A stretch of 64,000 bases of DNA. It comes from an uncultured Bacilli bacterium. Lineage in GTDB: Bacteria; Bacillota_I; Bacilli_A; RF39; UBA660. Below the pieces are notes generated by a model. The model had not been told where the DNA came from. It saw only the letters and a program-made list of their open reading frames with translations, and made no database searches. Of the stretch, positions 1 to 9,962 are shown piece after piece. The position numbers and the translations under genes are program-made. The stretch's first letter is position 1. The number at the start of each line of letters is the position of its first letter. Location of the stretch: assembly GCA_910583685.1 (NCBI GenBank), contig CAJTXY010000003.1, positions 1,504-65,503 of the forward strand. Direction: 5' to 3'.

Positions 1-3000
1 CGCAAGCTGGCAGAATTGAAAATTGTTCCGAAGAAGAGTTGGTATTAAGAAAAATCAACTTTAAAGAAAGTGTTCAAGGACAATATGTAAAACTTGAAAT
101 GGAAACGTATGGTATATTTGCGTCTGTTGCTATGATTAACTTATATGAAGATAAAACAAAGACGCCTATAACTATTCCAACTGCAGAGGTTGAATATAGT
201 ACTACAGAACTTACCAATCAAAATGTAGTTGCTAAACTTGTTAATGCAAGTACTGATATTACAGTTACCAATAATAATGGTAAAGAATTTTATACCTTTA
301 CAAAAAATGGAGAATTTACATTTGAGTTTGTTGATGAACATGGTAATAAGGGTAGTGCAAAAGCAGTAGTATCTAATATTGACAAGACTACACCAACGGC
401 AAAAGTAGTATATAGTACAACACAATTAACAAATAAAGATGTCGTTGTTACTTTAACAGATGCAAGTGAAGATATTACTATTACTAACAATAATGGTTCT
501 AATATCTATGTATTTACAGAAAATGGTGAATTCACATTTGAATTTGTAGATAAAGCAGGAAATTCTAATAAAATAACAGCGATTGTAAATAATATTGATA
601 AAGTTGTACCAACAGCCAAAATAGTATATAGTACTACGAAGTTAACAAATAAAGATGTAGTTGCTACTTTAACTGATATTAGTGAAGATATTACTATTAC
701 TAACAACAGTGGAAAAAATACGTATACATTTAAGGAGAATGGAACATTTACATTTGAATTTGTAGATAAAGCAGGCAATAAAGGAAAAGCTGTTGCAACT
801 GTAAATAATATTGATAAGGTTGCTCCAACAGCGAAAGTAGTATACAGTACTACTCGTCCAACAAGCAAAGCTGTAGTTGTTACTTTAACGGATGCAAGTG
901 AAGATATTACTATTACCAATAATAGTGGAAAAAATACATATACGTTTACAGAGAACGGAACATTTGCATTTGAATTTGTAGATAAGGCTGGCAATAAAGG
1001 TGTTGCTACTGCCCGTGTTGATTGGATTCAAAAAGATGGATTTAATGCTACTATTTCTTATAGTACCTCTAAAGTAACTAATAAAGATGTAATAGCAACA
1101 ATTGAATTTGCAAAAACGGATGTAACAATTACGAATAATAATGGTAAAAATACATATACGTTTACAGAAAATGGAGAATTTACATTTGAATTTGTAGATA
1201 GGTCAGGTAATAAAGGAAAAGCTGTTGCTTGTGTCGATTGGATTGATAAAGTTGCACCTCAGGCTGCTATTACCTATGATATTACTAAAGTGACAAATCA
1301 AAATGTAAAAGCAACGATTGCATTTAATGAGAAGAATGTAAGAATTACCAATAATAGTGGAAAAAATACATATACGTTTACTAAAAACGGAGAGTTTACA
1401 TTTGAATACGTAGACGAAGCTGGAAACTCTGGTAAAATGACTGCTAAAGTTAATTGGATTGATAAAGAGGCTGTAAAAGCAATTGTTTCTTATGATATTA
1501 CAAAACCAACTAATAAGGATGTAGTAGCAACAATTCAATTAAATAAAGATAATGCAAGAATTACCAATAATGGTGGAAAGAATATATATACATTTACCAA
1601 AAATGGAGAATTTACATTTGAATTTGTAGATGAAGCTGGAAATGTAGGGGCAGCGATTGCCCGTGTTGATTGGATTGATAAAGAAGTACCAAAGGCTACA
1701 GTTACTTATGATATTAATAAGTTAACTAATAAAAATGTAGTAGCAACAGTGGAATTCAATAAAAAGAATGTTACCATTACTAATAATGGTGGAAAGAATA
1801 CATATACGTTTACTAAAAACGGAGAATTTACATTTGAATTTGTGGATTCTGTTGGAAATAAAGGAAAAGCTGTTGCCCGTGTTGATTGGATTAGTAAAGA
1901 AGGATTAGCATCTAGAATCGTTTATAGTACGAATAAGCTAACGAATCAGGATGTAATAGCAACGATTGAATTTAATAAGGAAGGCGTAAAAGTTCTTAAT
2001 AATAATGGTTCTAGTACCTATAAATTTACCAAAAATGGAGAATTTACATTTGAATTTATTGATGAGGTTGGTAATAAAGGAAGTGCTTTAGCAAAAGTTA
2101 ATTGGATTGATAAAGAATCTCCAATCGCGATTATTTCTTATAATATTACAAAACCAACCAACAAAGATGTAGTAGTAACAATTCAGTTTAATGAAAAGAA
2201 CGTTACTATTACCAATAATGATGGTAAAGATACTTATACTTTTACAGAAAATGGCGAATTTACATTTGAATTTATGGATGAAGCAGGAAATAAGGGTACT
2301 GCTTTAGCGAAGGTTAATTGGATTGATAAAGAGGTGCCTAAGGCAACAATTACTTATAATATTGCGACATTAACTGATAAAGATGTAAAAGCAACAATCC
2401 AGTTTAATAAAAAGGGTGTTAAGATTACTAACAATGGTGGAAAAAATACTTATACCTTTACTAAGAATGGAGAATTTACTTTTGTCTTTGTAGATGAGGT
2501 AGGAAATGCTGGAACAGCTGTTGCCCGTGTTGATTGGATTGAAAAGGAAAAATTTGCTTTCCGTGTTAGTTATGATATTTCAACACTTACAAATAAAAAT
2601 GTTATAGCGACACTTCACTTTAATAAGGAAAATGTAAAAATTACTAATAACAAAGGAAAGAATACATATACGTTTACAAAAAATGGTGAGTTTACATTTG
2701 AATTTATTGATAATAAGGGTAATAAAGGAAAAGCCGTTGCTCGTGTTGATTGGATTGATAAGGTAGCTCCAAAAGCAACTATTGATTATAATATTAAATC
2801 GGCTACACAACAGAATGTAATTGCAACAATTCGTTTTGATAAAAAGAATGTAAGAATTACCAATAATGATGGAAAAGAGAAGTATACGTTTACTAAGAAT
2901 GGAGAGTTTGTATTTGAGTTTATTGATGAAGCTGGAAACAAAGGTACTGCTTTAGCAAAAGTTACTTGGATAAAGGGGACATCAGATGATAATAAACCTA

Positions 3001-3803
3001 GTGATCCAGCAGGTCCTGGAGAAATAGAAGGTCCAACAGAACCATCACGCCCTATTATTCCGGATGTACCATCTGGCTCAAAACCAGGCAATCCTAACAC
3101 ACCTTCTGGTTCAAAACCAGGCAATCCTAACACACCTTCTGGTTCAAAACCAGTAAACCCTAATGTACCATCTATTATTACGAGGCCTAGTATTGTTGTT
3201 GATTCTAATTATTTATTAAATAACAATGAAAGCTCACAACAACCAGAAGATAAGAAAATTATTTATAATACATATAGGACAGGAATTATCGGAGTTAAAA
3301 TTCCGATGGATAGAATTCAAAAAAATGGATCTTTAGGTTATCGTAATTTAAAATTAAAAGATAGTATTAAAAAACAACTTAGTGATGAATATGACAGTTT
3401 TGATATTTATTTTGAAACAGAAGATGGTATTAAAAATTATTTAGAAAATGTTTCTGTAATTATGACATTTGATGTTGTTTCTGTTGAAAACTTAGTTCTT
3501 TATAAGCTTAATGATAAGGGTGAGTTAGTAAAACTTGATTATAAAGATCTTGGAAATAAAAGAATTGAAGTTGAAACTATGGGACTTGGAAAATATATCT
3601 TATCTTATGAACAAGAAGATGATGAGACTGAGGAAAAAGTAAATAAGACTAAAAAGCCTGCAGAAACCAACATTGGAAATGTAGAACAGGATGATATGGA
3701 TTTTTATCTTTCTATCTTAGGTGGCATTTTAATTATTACTAGTGCAGTTTTAATTGTGAAAGTTAGGAGAAGAAAAAATAAATCTATTCATTATGTAATA
3801 TAG
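1..3803 (+). CDS. Giant repetitive cell-surface protein, 5'-truncated by the window edge. About 13 tandem ~72-aa repeats, then a Pro/Ser/Gly-rich linker (PSGSKPGNPNT ×3), a C-terminal globular region, and a single C-terminal TM helix with a basic tail. No LPXTG motif.
   Basis: The reading frame is open from nt 3, so the TTG at 39 is not the true start. The motif ITNNxGKNTYTFTxNGEFTFEFVDxAGNKG...IDKxxPxAK recurs about 13 times. The C-terminus reads ILGGILIITSAVLIVKVRRRKNK. Confidence 0.75.
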   Translation, partial: QAGRIENCSEEELVLRKINFKESVQGQYVKLEMETYGIFASVAMINLYEDKTKTPITIPTAEVEYSTTELTNQNVVAKLVNASTDITVTNNNGKEFYTFTKNGEFTFEFVDEHGNKGSAKAVVSNIDKTTPTAKVVYSTTQLTNKDVVVTLTDASEDITITNNNGSNIYVFTENGEFTFEFVDKAGNSNKITAIVNNIDKVVPTAKIVYSTTKLTNKDVVATLTDISEDITITNNSGKNTYTFKENGTFTFEFVDKAGNKGKAVATVNNIDKVAPTAKVVYSTTRPTSKAVVVTLTDASEDITITNNSGKNTYTFTENGTFAFEFVDKAGNKGVATARVDWIQKDGFNATISYSTSKVTNKDVIATIEFAKTDVTITNNNGKNTYTFTENGEFTFEFVDRSGNKGKAVACVDWIDKVAPQAAITYDITKVTNQNVKATIAFNEKNVRITNNSGKNTYTFTKNGEFTFEYVDEAGNSGKMTAKVNWIDKEAVKAIVSYDITKPTNKDVVATIQLNKDNARITNNGGKNIYTFTKNGEFTFEFVDEAGNVGAAIARVDWIDKEVPKATVTYDINKLTNKNVVATVEFNKKNVTITNNGGKNTYTFTKNGEFTFEFVDSVGNKGKAVARVDWISKEGLASRIVYSTNKLTNQDVIATIEFNKEGVKVLNNNGSSTYKFTKNGEFTFEFIDEVGNKGSALAKVNWIDKESPIAIISYNITKPTNKDVVVTIQFNEKNVTITNNDGKDTYTFTENGEFTFEFMDEAGNKGTALAKVNWIDKEVPKATITYNIATLTDKDVKATIQFNKKGVKITNNGGKNTYTFTKNGEFTFVFVDEVGNAGTAVARVDWIEKEKFAFRVSYDISTLTNKNVIATLHFNKENVKITNNKGKNTYTFTKNGEFTFEFIDNKGNKGKAVARVDWIDKVAPKATIDYNIKSATQQNVIATIRFDKKNVRITNNDGKEKYTFTKNGEFVFEFIDEAGNKGTALAKVTWIKGTSDDNKPSDPAGPGEIEGPTEPSRPIIPDVPSGSKPGNPNTPSGSKPGNPNTPSGSKPVNPNVPSIITRPSIVVDSNYLLNNNESSQQPEDKKIIYNTYRTGIIGVKIPMDRIQKNGSLGYRNLKLKDSIKKQLSDEYDSFDIYFETEDGIKNYLENVSVIMTFDVVSVENLVLYKLNDKGELVKLDYKDLGNKRIEVETMGLGKYILSYEQEDDETEEKVNKTKKPAETNIGNVEQDDMDFYLSILGGILIITSAVLIVKVRRRKNKSIHYVI
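150..2990 (+). repeat. Tandem coding repeats of about 213-219 bp, about 13 copies, inside the surface-protein gene.
   Basis: Recurring nucleotide blocks (attac[ct]aataataatgg...gaatttacatttgaatttgtagat) at about 216-bp spacing. Confidence 0.7.
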
Positions 3804-4003
3804 AAATAGTTAAGGATGAAAGGTTAAACTTTCTCCTTTTTTTTAGGACTTAGTAAAAAATGCTTTTCCTTGATGATGAAAGTTAGAATTTGAGATAATT
3901 TTTCCAAAGAGGCTGTTATGACTTATTATAGTTTTTTTGATTTATAGTAGGGCTGCTAGCTCTTTTTCTTTTTTAATGATATACTAGGTGTAGGTGACTT
4001 TAT

Positions 4004-4387
4004 ATGAAAACAGTAGAGAGAAATGTGTTAGTACTTGCTTATTTAGGAGATACTATTTATGAGAATTATGTGAGACGTTATTTGGTTTTACAAGATATTG
4101 CAAACGTAAATGACTTGCAAAAGGAGGCGGTGTCCTTTGTTAGTGCTAGAAGTCAGTCTAGATTTGTTCATTTGTTAATCGAAGAAGATTTTTTTAGCGA
4201 TGAGGAACTTTCCGTTATTATGCGTGCTCGTAATTACAAAACAACTTCTCATCCTAAAAATTGTTCTATTACTGAGTATAAATATGCAACAGGACTTGAG
4301 AGCTTGATAGGGTATTTGAGCCTTGAAAATAGAAATGGTAGAATAGATGAAATTATGGAAAAAATACTAGGAGGTAGTTTATGTTAG
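4004..4387 (+). CDS. mrnC: Mini-ribonuclease 3 (Mini-III, YazC).
   Basis: LAYLGDTIYE motif, 127 aa, and a position upstream of rlmB-sigH as in Bacillus. Confidence 0.8.
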   Translation: MKTVERNVLVLAYLGDTIYENYVRRYLVLQDIANVNDLQKEAVSFVSARSQSRFVHLLIEEDFFSDEELSVIMRARNYKTTSHPKNCSITEYKYATGLESLIGYLSLENRNGRIDEIMEKILGGSLC

Positions 4388-5073
4388 TCTATGGAAAGAA
4401 TGTGGCAAGGGAGTTTTTAAAAAATCCACAAAATGTTAAAAAAGTGATTTTGCAGGAGAATTTTGATGATAAAGAGATCAATTCTATTTTGGAAAACAAT
4501 ATTTTCAAGGTGGAAATAATGCGAAAATATGAAATGGACCATTTGGTGGATGGCTTACATCAAGGTATAATGTTAGATATCAAGGACTATCAATATAAAG
4601 ATTTAGATGAATTAGCAGATGAAAATTTTGTTGTTATTCTAGATCATATTGAAGATCCACATAATTTTGGTGCTATTATTAGAACTTGTGAAGCAGCGGG
4701 AGTTGGTGGCATTATTATTCCAAAAGATCGTCAAGTGGGAGTTACGCCAACAGTTGTTAAAACTAGTGCGGGGGCAATTTATAATATGCGAATTTCTCAA
4801 GTTGTAAATTTAACTTCTACTATCTCTAAATTAAAAGACTATGGATTTTGGGTAGTAGGTACTGCACTTGATGATAGTACTGATTATCGGGAAATTGATT
4901 ATACAGGTAAAATTGCACTTGTTATTGGAAATGAGGGACGAGGAATTAGCCGCTTAGTTCGAGAATCTTGTGATTTTGTTGCTAAAATTCCGATGTATGG
5001 AACCACAAATAGTCTAAATGCATCCGTTGCCAGTGGAATTATGATTTATGAGGTAGTCCGAAATAGAAAGTAG
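4381..5073 (+). CDS. rlmB: 23S rRNA 2'-O-ribose methyltransferase, SpoU/TrmH family (RlmB/YacO).
   Basis: SpoU-type motifs (GNEGRGIS, NVSVASGI-like end). Synteny yazC-yacO-sigH. Confidence 0.8.
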   Translation: MLVYGKNVAREFLKNPQNVKKVILQENFDDKEINSILENNIFKVEIMRKYEMDHLVDGLHQGIMLDIKDYQYKDLDELADENFVVILDHIEDPHNFGAIIRTCEAAGVGGIIIPKDRQVGVTPTVVKTSAGAIYNMRISQVVNLTSTISKLKDYGFWVVGTALDDSTDYREIDYTGKIALVIGNEGRGISRLVRESCDFVAKIPMYGTTNSLNASVASGIMIYEVVRNRK

Positions 5074-5080
5074 GGATATT

Positions 5081-5704
5081 TTGAATTATAAAGATGTTAA
5101 TGATTATGAAATGTTATATTTAATTGGTGAAAAAGATGAAGAGGCCGAAAAGATTCTTTTTGGTAAATATCGGAATCTTATTATGAAAATTGCACCTAAA
5201 TATTTACCATTTGCTTCTCCTAGAGGAGGCGAGTTTGAAGATTTAGTACAGGAAGGTTATTTAGGACTTTATTCTGCAATTAAAAATTATAATCCTTATA
5301 ATCATACTTTGTTTTATACTTTTGCCTCTGTTTGTATTGAAAGACAAATGGCTACTTATTGTAGAAGACTAAGTGCTAATAAGCAGGAAGTATTAAATTA
5401 TAGCTATTCTCTAGATATTACGCCAGACGATGCTAGAGATCCTTTTTTAGAAACTATTCCTGGTGATGAAAAAGAGCCATTGCAAAAGTTAGTGATATCG
5501 GATCAGATCCAAGATATTATAGAATTTAAGAATAGATTATCTTTTGATATGGCTTGTGTTTTTGAACTTCGGTTAAATGGTTTTACTTATCAGGAAATTG
5601 CCACTTTACTTGATTTTCCTAGATCTAAAGTAGATAGTGCACTGTGTCAGATTCGCCATAGGCTTAGAAAGTTTGCAAATAAGACAGAATTTTTGACAGT
5701 ATAG
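5081..5704 (+). CDS. sigH: RNA polymerase sigma-H factor.
   Basis: Region 2 (DLVQEGYLGLYSAIKNY) and the FASVCIERQM...LNYSYSLD block match B. subtilis SigH. The 4.2 HTH is near the C-terminus. Confidence 0.75.
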   Translation: MNYKDVNDYEMLYLIGEKDEEAEKILFGKYRNLIMKIAPKYLPFASPRGGEFEDLVQEGYLGLYSAIKNYNPYNHTLFYTFASVCIERQMATYCRRLSANKQEVLNYSYSLDITPDDARDPFLETIPGDEKEPLQKLVISDQIQDIIEFKNRLSFDMACVFELRLNGFTYQEIATLLDFPRSKVDSALCQIRHRLRKFANKTEFLTV

Positions 5705-5778
5705 TCTTTTGGATTGTTAAAAATATTATTTGTCTTTTTGTCTTTTTTGAGATAGAATGATAGTAGGGTGAATAGGAT

Positions 5779-6462
5779 ATGAGTGTGATTGAAGTAGTAA
5801 CATTAAAAGATTGGCTTAGGCAACCTCATACTATGGAGGAGTATCAATCCTTGTTTATGGTTATGGATATGACAATGCATTATATTCATAATAAAGGGTA
5901 TGGGATTTTAACAAAAAAAGGTCGAGATGGGTACCCTGAACTAGATACTAGTCGAGTTAGAATTTTGGATGGAAAGGTTCCTAGGGTGTTTTTTCCTGAT
6001 ATTGATGTTGTGGAGCCAAGTTATCAAAAGCAATTAGTTCATGATAATATTTATAGTAATGCTTATACTGCTATTAAAGCCTATTCTAATTTTAATGAAG
6101 AACTCAATCACAGATTTTTAAAGGAAAACTTTAAGGAGTTTGAACTTTTTTTACCAGAGGATGATATTCCTTATTATCGTGGTATTATAGAACGGGATGC
6201 CTCTGTTTATTATGCTGAGTATGTTCAAAAGCGTATTGAAAAACAAATTGAAAAAGAAGAGGGTGTTTTGCAAGGAGAAGCACGAAGTAATTCTCTATCG
6301 AAATCTACTGAAATTGGAAAGGCTATTGCTAGTCAATATAGTCAGTTAGATAGTAGTAATATTGCAGCTTTTGTTCATTTATATATTTTCCCAGCAATTA
6401 TTATTTTTCTAAGTTTAATTATACCGATTATTGCTTGGGTATTTGCTCTTTTGGAAAGGTAG
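5779..6462 (+). CDS. Hypothetical protein with a C-terminal TM helix. It occupies the position where Bacillus has rpmGB.
   Basis: Long ORF, its own promoter-like TTGTCT-17-TAGAAT upstream, hydrophobic C-terminus. Confidence 0.5.
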   Translation: MSVIEVVTLKDWLRQPHTMEEYQSLFMVMDMTMHYIHNKGYGILTKKGRDGYPELDTSRVRILDGKVPRVFFPDIDVVEPSYQKQLVHDNIYSNAYTAIKAYSNFNEELNHRFLKENFKEFELFLPEDDIPYYRGIIERDASVYYAEYVQKRIEKQIEKEEGVLQGEARSNSLSKSTEIGKAIASQYSQLDSSNIAAFVHLYIFPAIIIFLSLIIPIIAWVFALLER

Positions 6463-6550
6463 AAAATTGTTGACATTCTTTAGTGTTTGTGGTATTTTAC
6501 TAGTGAACACGAAAGAGTGTTTTTATTTTGAAAAAGAAAAGGTGAATGAT

Positions 6551-6814
6551 ATGGCCAAGAATGTAGAAACTAAAGATACAGAAAGTATGAAAAAAGATGT
6601 GAAGAAGAGTAAAATAGTAGAAAAAAAGAGTTTATGGGAAAGATTTATGATATTTTGTCACGGTGTGGGTGATGAATTTAAAAAAGTTCATTGGCCTACT
6701 AAAAAAGATATGGTGAAATATTCTGTTGCAACAGTTGTATTTGTTGTATTCCTTTCTTTATTTTTCTATGTAGTTGATATTATCTTTGCACTTGTTCATT
6801 CTTTATTTAATTAA
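6551..6814 (+). CDS. secE: Preprotein translocase subunit SecE.
   Basis: C-terminal WPTKKDMVKYSVATVVFVVFLSLFFYVVDIIFA TM segment typical of SecE. RBS AAAAGGTGA precedes the ATG at 6551. The ORF-track start at 6431 is probably too long. A TTGACA-17-TGgTATTTT promoter lies at 6469-6497. Confidence 0.75.
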   Translation: MAKNVETKDTESMKKDVKKSKIVEKKSLWERFMIFCHGVGDEFKKVHWPTKKDMVKYSVATVVFVVFLSLFFYVVDIIFALVHSLFN

Positions 6815-6831
6815 GAAGGGGGAGAATTTTT

Positions 6832-7365
6832 ATGGAGAAACAATGGTATGTAGTAAATACTTATTCTGGACATGAGAATAAAGTAAAAGAAAAGTTAGAG
6901 ATGCGTGCAGAGTCTATGGATATGCAAGACTATATTTATCGTGTGATTGTACCAGAACAAAAAGAAGTAGAAATTAAAGATGGTGTTCAAAAGGAAAAAC
7001 TTAAGAAGATGTTTCCTGGTTACATTTTAGTTGAAATGGTTATGACTGATGAAGCTTGGTATATTGTGCGTAATACGCCAGGAGTTACAGGATTTATCGG
7101 TTCTAGTGGTAAAGGGGCAAAGCCTACTCCTTTACAACCATATGAAGTGGATCGTATTTTATCTACAATGGGAATTAGTAGAATGGATGTTGAGGAAGAC
7201 TTGGCTATTGGTACAAAAGTTAGTATTGTGGATGGTCCATTTAAAGGAATGTTTGGTAAAATTGACCAACTTGACCTTGAAAATAATAAAATTCTTTTAC
7301 TTGTTGACTTGTTTGGACAGGAAACTTCTGTAGAAGTTGAACTAAATCAGATTCAGAAAGCATAA
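6832..7365 (+). CDS. nusG: Transcription termination/antitermination factor NusG.
   Basis: NGN plus KOW domains, 177 aa. Confidence 0.9.
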   Translation: MEKQWYVVNTYSGHENKVKEKLEMRAESMDMQDYIYRVIVPEQKEVEIKDGVQKEKLKKMFPGYILVEMVMTDEAWYIVRNTPGVTGFIGSSGKGAKPTPLQPYEVDRILSTMGISRMDVEEDLAIGTKVSIVDGPFKGMFGKIDQLDLENNKILLLVDLFGQETSVEVELNQIQKA

Positions 7366-7520
7366 AATAGTTGCAAAGAATCCATTATTATGTTATTATT
7401 TAAGGGCTATATTTAATTTAATATAGATTAAGTGGGAAGTTACAAGAAGCTTTTAAATAAGCGGATGAAAAGCTGTTTGGACCACTCGCGAAAACTAAAA
7501 ATTTATAGGAGGTGTTTTTC

Positions 7521-8018
7521 GTGGCAAAAGAAGTAGTTAAAAAAATCAAATTACAAATTGAAGCAGGAAAAGCGACACCAGCTCCACCAGTTGGAACAGT
7601 ACTAGGACCTGCCGGAATCAATTTAGGAGAATTTTGTACAAAGTATAATGATGCTACAAGAGATAGAATGGGAGACGTTTTACCAGTAGAGATTTCAATA
7701 TACGATGATAGAAGTTTTGATTTTGTTATTAAGACTCCACCAACAAGTTTCTTGCTAAAAAAATATGCAAAAGTTAGTAAGGGGTCTGTTAAGGGAGCAA
7801 GTAATATTATTGCAACTTTAACTGCTGCACAAGTAAGAGAAATTGCAGAGATTAAGTTACCTGATTTGAATTGCTATACAGTAGAAGAAGCAATGAAAAT
7901 TGTGGCAGGTACTGCAAGAAATATGGGAATTGCTGTAGAAGGTGCAGATAATAAAGAATCAGATACACAAGCTGCAGTAGAAGAGACAGAAACTCAAGAA
8001 ACAAATAATGAAGAATAG
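7521..8018 (+). CDS. rplK: 50S ribosomal protein L11, with an unusual C-terminal acidic extension of about 25 aa.
   Basis: GTG start after [32 protein letters not shown] matches the L11 signature. Confidence 0.9.
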   Translation: MAKEVVKKIKLQIEAGKATPAPPVGTVLGPAGINLGEFCTKYNDATRDRMGDVLPVEISIYDDRSFDFVIKTPPTSFLLKKYAKVSKGSVKGASNIIATLTAAQVREIAEIKLPDLNCYTVEEAMKIVAGTARNMGIAVEGADNKESDTQAAVEETETQETNNEE

Positions 8019-8095
8019 GAAAACTAAAATATTCATATAGGTTTTTACCTATGTGGAAGGTAATATCCGCTTGTACCACATAAGGAGGAATAAAA

Positions 8096-8794
8096 ATGAA
8101 GAAGAGAAGTAAAAAATATTCTCAAGCTTTAGCTAAAATAGAGAAAAATAGAATCTATGAAAAAGATGAAGCTGTGAAATTAGTAAAAGAAACATCTATT
8201 AGTAGTTTTGATGGTTCTATCGAAGTAGCAATGAGATTAAATCTTGATACTAAGAAGGCTGATCAACAATTAAGAGGTGCTATTGTTTTACCTAAAGGAA
8301 CAGGTAAAGAAATTAAAGTTTTAGTAATTGCTAAAGGAGAAAATGCAAAGAAAGCACAAGAGGCTGGAGCAGATTATGTTGGAGATATGGATATGATTGA
8401 AAAAATCGAAAAAGAAAATTGGTTCGATTTTGATACTATGATTGCTACTCCAGATATGATGCCACTTCTTGGAAAATTAGGACGTGTTTTAGGACCTAAA
8501 GGTTTAATGCCAAACCCTAAAACAGGTACTGTTACAATGGATGTAGTAAAAGCCGTAGAAGAAGTAAAAGCTGGTCGTGTAGAATATAGGACTGATAGTT
8601 ACGGAAATGTACACGGAATTATTGGTAAAGCATCATTTACAGAAGGAGACTTAATTGAAAACTTGAATGCCTTTGTTGCAGCAATTTTAAAAGTAAAACC
8701 TTCTACAGTAAAGGGTGATTATGTAAAGAATATCTCTATTTCTTCAACAATGGGACCTGGAATTAAAATTAATCCACAAAACTTTGACAAGTAA
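8096..8794 (+). CDS. rplA: 50S ribosomal protein L1.
   Basis: 232 aa, L1 family similarity. Confidence 0.9.
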   Translation: MKKRSKKYSQALAKIEKNRIYEKDEAVKLVKETSISSFDGSIEVAMRLNLDTKKADQQLRGAIVLPKGTGKEIKVLVIAKGENAKKAQEAGADYVGDMDMIEKIEKENWFDFDTMIATPDMMPLLGKLGRVLGPKGLMPNPKTGTVTMDVVKAVEEVKAGRVEYRTDSYGNVHGIIGKASFTEGDLIENLNAFVAAILKVKPSTVKGDYVKNISISSTMGPGIKINPQNFDK

Positions 8795-8950
8795 GAAGAA
8801 ATAGGTTATAATAATAACAATTTGTTGGTGCCATAGACAGTAGGTTGTTTGTAAATCCTACCGAGGACTACTTTATAAAAGAGTTTAAGTTCTACTGTCT
8901 ATTATAAGTAGAACTTTTTTATGGCTAAGACTAAAATGAGGAGGTGTGTT
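8795..8950 (+). promoter_or_regulatory. rplJ (L10) leader with nested hairpins and an attenuator-type terminator (stem 8889-8914 plus T-run 8915-8920) directly ahead of rplJ.
   Basis: Structured 156-nt gap. agacagtag/ctactgtct and gtagg/cctac pairings. gttctact...agtagaac plus TTTTTT. Confidence 0.5.
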
Positions 8951-9445
8951 ATGGCAAGTGAGAAAATCTTAAAACAGAAGCAAGCTGTAATTGATGAGAT
9001 TAAAGGACACGTTGATAGTGCAAGTACTATTGTGTTGTTTGATTATCGTGGTATTACAGATAGTGAATCTAAAGAACTTCGTCGTAAGCTTCGTGAGACA
9101 AACTCTGACTATAAAGTATATAAAAATACTTTAATGGCTAGAGCGTTTAACGACTTAAGTATTGATCTTAACGATTCATTAAATGGTCCTAGTGCCTTTG
9201 CTTATGGTGAAGATCAAGTTGCACCAATTAAGGTTTTAACTGATTTTGCAAAGGAACACCAAGCATTAAAGTTGAAGGTTGGTATTATTGATGGAGAAGT
9301 GGCAGATCAAGCGAAGTTAAGCGAATATGCTGCATTACCATCAAGAGATGGACTACTTACTATGCTTGCTGGTTCTATGATTGGTCTTGTTAAGGACTTA
9401 TCTATCTGCTTAGATTTATATGCACAAGAAAAAGAAGAAAATTAA
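8951..9445 (+). CDS. rplJ: 50S ribosomal protein L10.
   Basis: The start at 8951 follows GAGGAGGTG. The N-terminus aligns with Bacillus L10. The ORF-track start at 8921 sits inside the terminator T-run. Confidence 0.85.
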   Translation: MASEKILKQKQAVIDEIKGHVDSASTIVLFDYRGITDSESKELRRKLRETNSDYKVYKNTLMARAFNDLSIDLNDSLNGPSAFAYGEDQVAPIKVLTDFAKEHQALKLKVGIIDGEVADQAKLSEYAALPSRDGLLTMLAGSMIGLVKDLSICLDLYAQEKEEN

Positions 9446-9482
9446 TTATTAAATAAAATTTAGGAAATAGGAGGAATTTAAA

Positions 9483-9854
9483 ATGGCTAAATTAAATAAA
9501 GAAGATTTTATTAGTTCTTTAAAAGAAATGAATCTTTTAGAGATCAAAGAATTAGTAGATGCAATGAAAGAGGAGTTTGGTGTTGATCCATCTGCAGTAG
9601 CAGTTGCTGCACCAGCTGCTGGAGGAGCTGCAGCAGATGCTGCGCCTGCAAATGTATCAGTATGTATTGCTGATGCTGGAGCTGCAAAAGTTGGAGTTAT
9701 CAAAGTAGTTCGTGAAATTACTGGACTTGGACTTAAAGAATCTAAAGATATCGTTGATCAAAACGGTGTTGTTAAAGAAAACGTACCTACTGATGAAGCT
9801 AATGAAATCAAAGCTAAACTTGAAGAAGCTGGAGCTACAGTAGAATTTAAGTAA
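9483..9854 (+). CDS. rplL: 50S ribosomal protein L7/L12.
   Basis: Ala-rich hinge and conserved C-terminal domain. Confidence 0.9.
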   Translation: MAKLNKEDFISSLKEMNLLEIKELVDAMKEEFGVDPSAVAVAAPAAGGAAADAAPANVSVCIADAGAAKVGVIKVVREITGLGLKESKDIVDQNGVVKENVPTDEANEIKAKLEEAGATVEFK

Positions 9855-9864
9855 TTATAAAAAT

Positions 9865-9892
9865 AAGACTTCAAATTAGAAGTCTTTTTTGT
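9865..9892 (+). terminator. Intrinsic terminator after rplL.
   Basis: aagacttc-aaatta-gaagtctt followed by TTTTTTG. Confidence 0.6.
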
Positions 9893-9918
9893 TGTGATGT
9901 AAAATTTTGTAAAAATTG

Positions 9919-9947
9919 TTGACAAAACGAAATGTTTTCTATATAAT
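9919..9947 (+). promoter_or_regulatory. Consensus sigma-A promoter (TTGACA-17-TATAAT) ahead of the methyltransferase-rpoB-rpoC unit.
   Basis: Exact -35 and -10 hexamers with a 17-nt spacer. Confidence 0.55.
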
Positions 9948-9962
9948 ATAGTTTACGAAAGG

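Noticed and set aside
141-3133. Multiple antisense or overlapping ORFs inside the giant surface-protein gene (141-425, 290-490, 506-994, 1203-1538, 2580-2810 and 2786-3133 on the minus strand).
   Set aside because: They are repetitive-sequence artefacts embedded in a clearly coding plus-strand repeat array. No starts or RBSs.
3060-3170. 33-bp periodic repeats (PSGSKPGNPNT ×3), considered as a possible CRISPR or microsatellite.
   Set aside because: They are in-frame coding repeats of a Pro-rich stalk, with no spacers and no cas genes.
3804-4003. Possible terminator after the surface-protein gene (ggatgaaaggttaaactttctcc plus T8).
   Set aside because: Stem complementarity is imperfect, so it is noted only as a weak candidate.
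6431-6550. ORF-track N-terminal extension of SecE and a possible rpmG (L33) gene.
   Set aside because: The extension has no RBS and overlaps a TTGACA-17-TGnTATTTT promoter. No L33-like C4 zinc-ribbon peptide is encoded in any frame here.
7049-7333. 94-aa ORF inside nusG in the +2 frame.
   Set aside because: It is embedded in the conserved nusG coding frame and is spurious.
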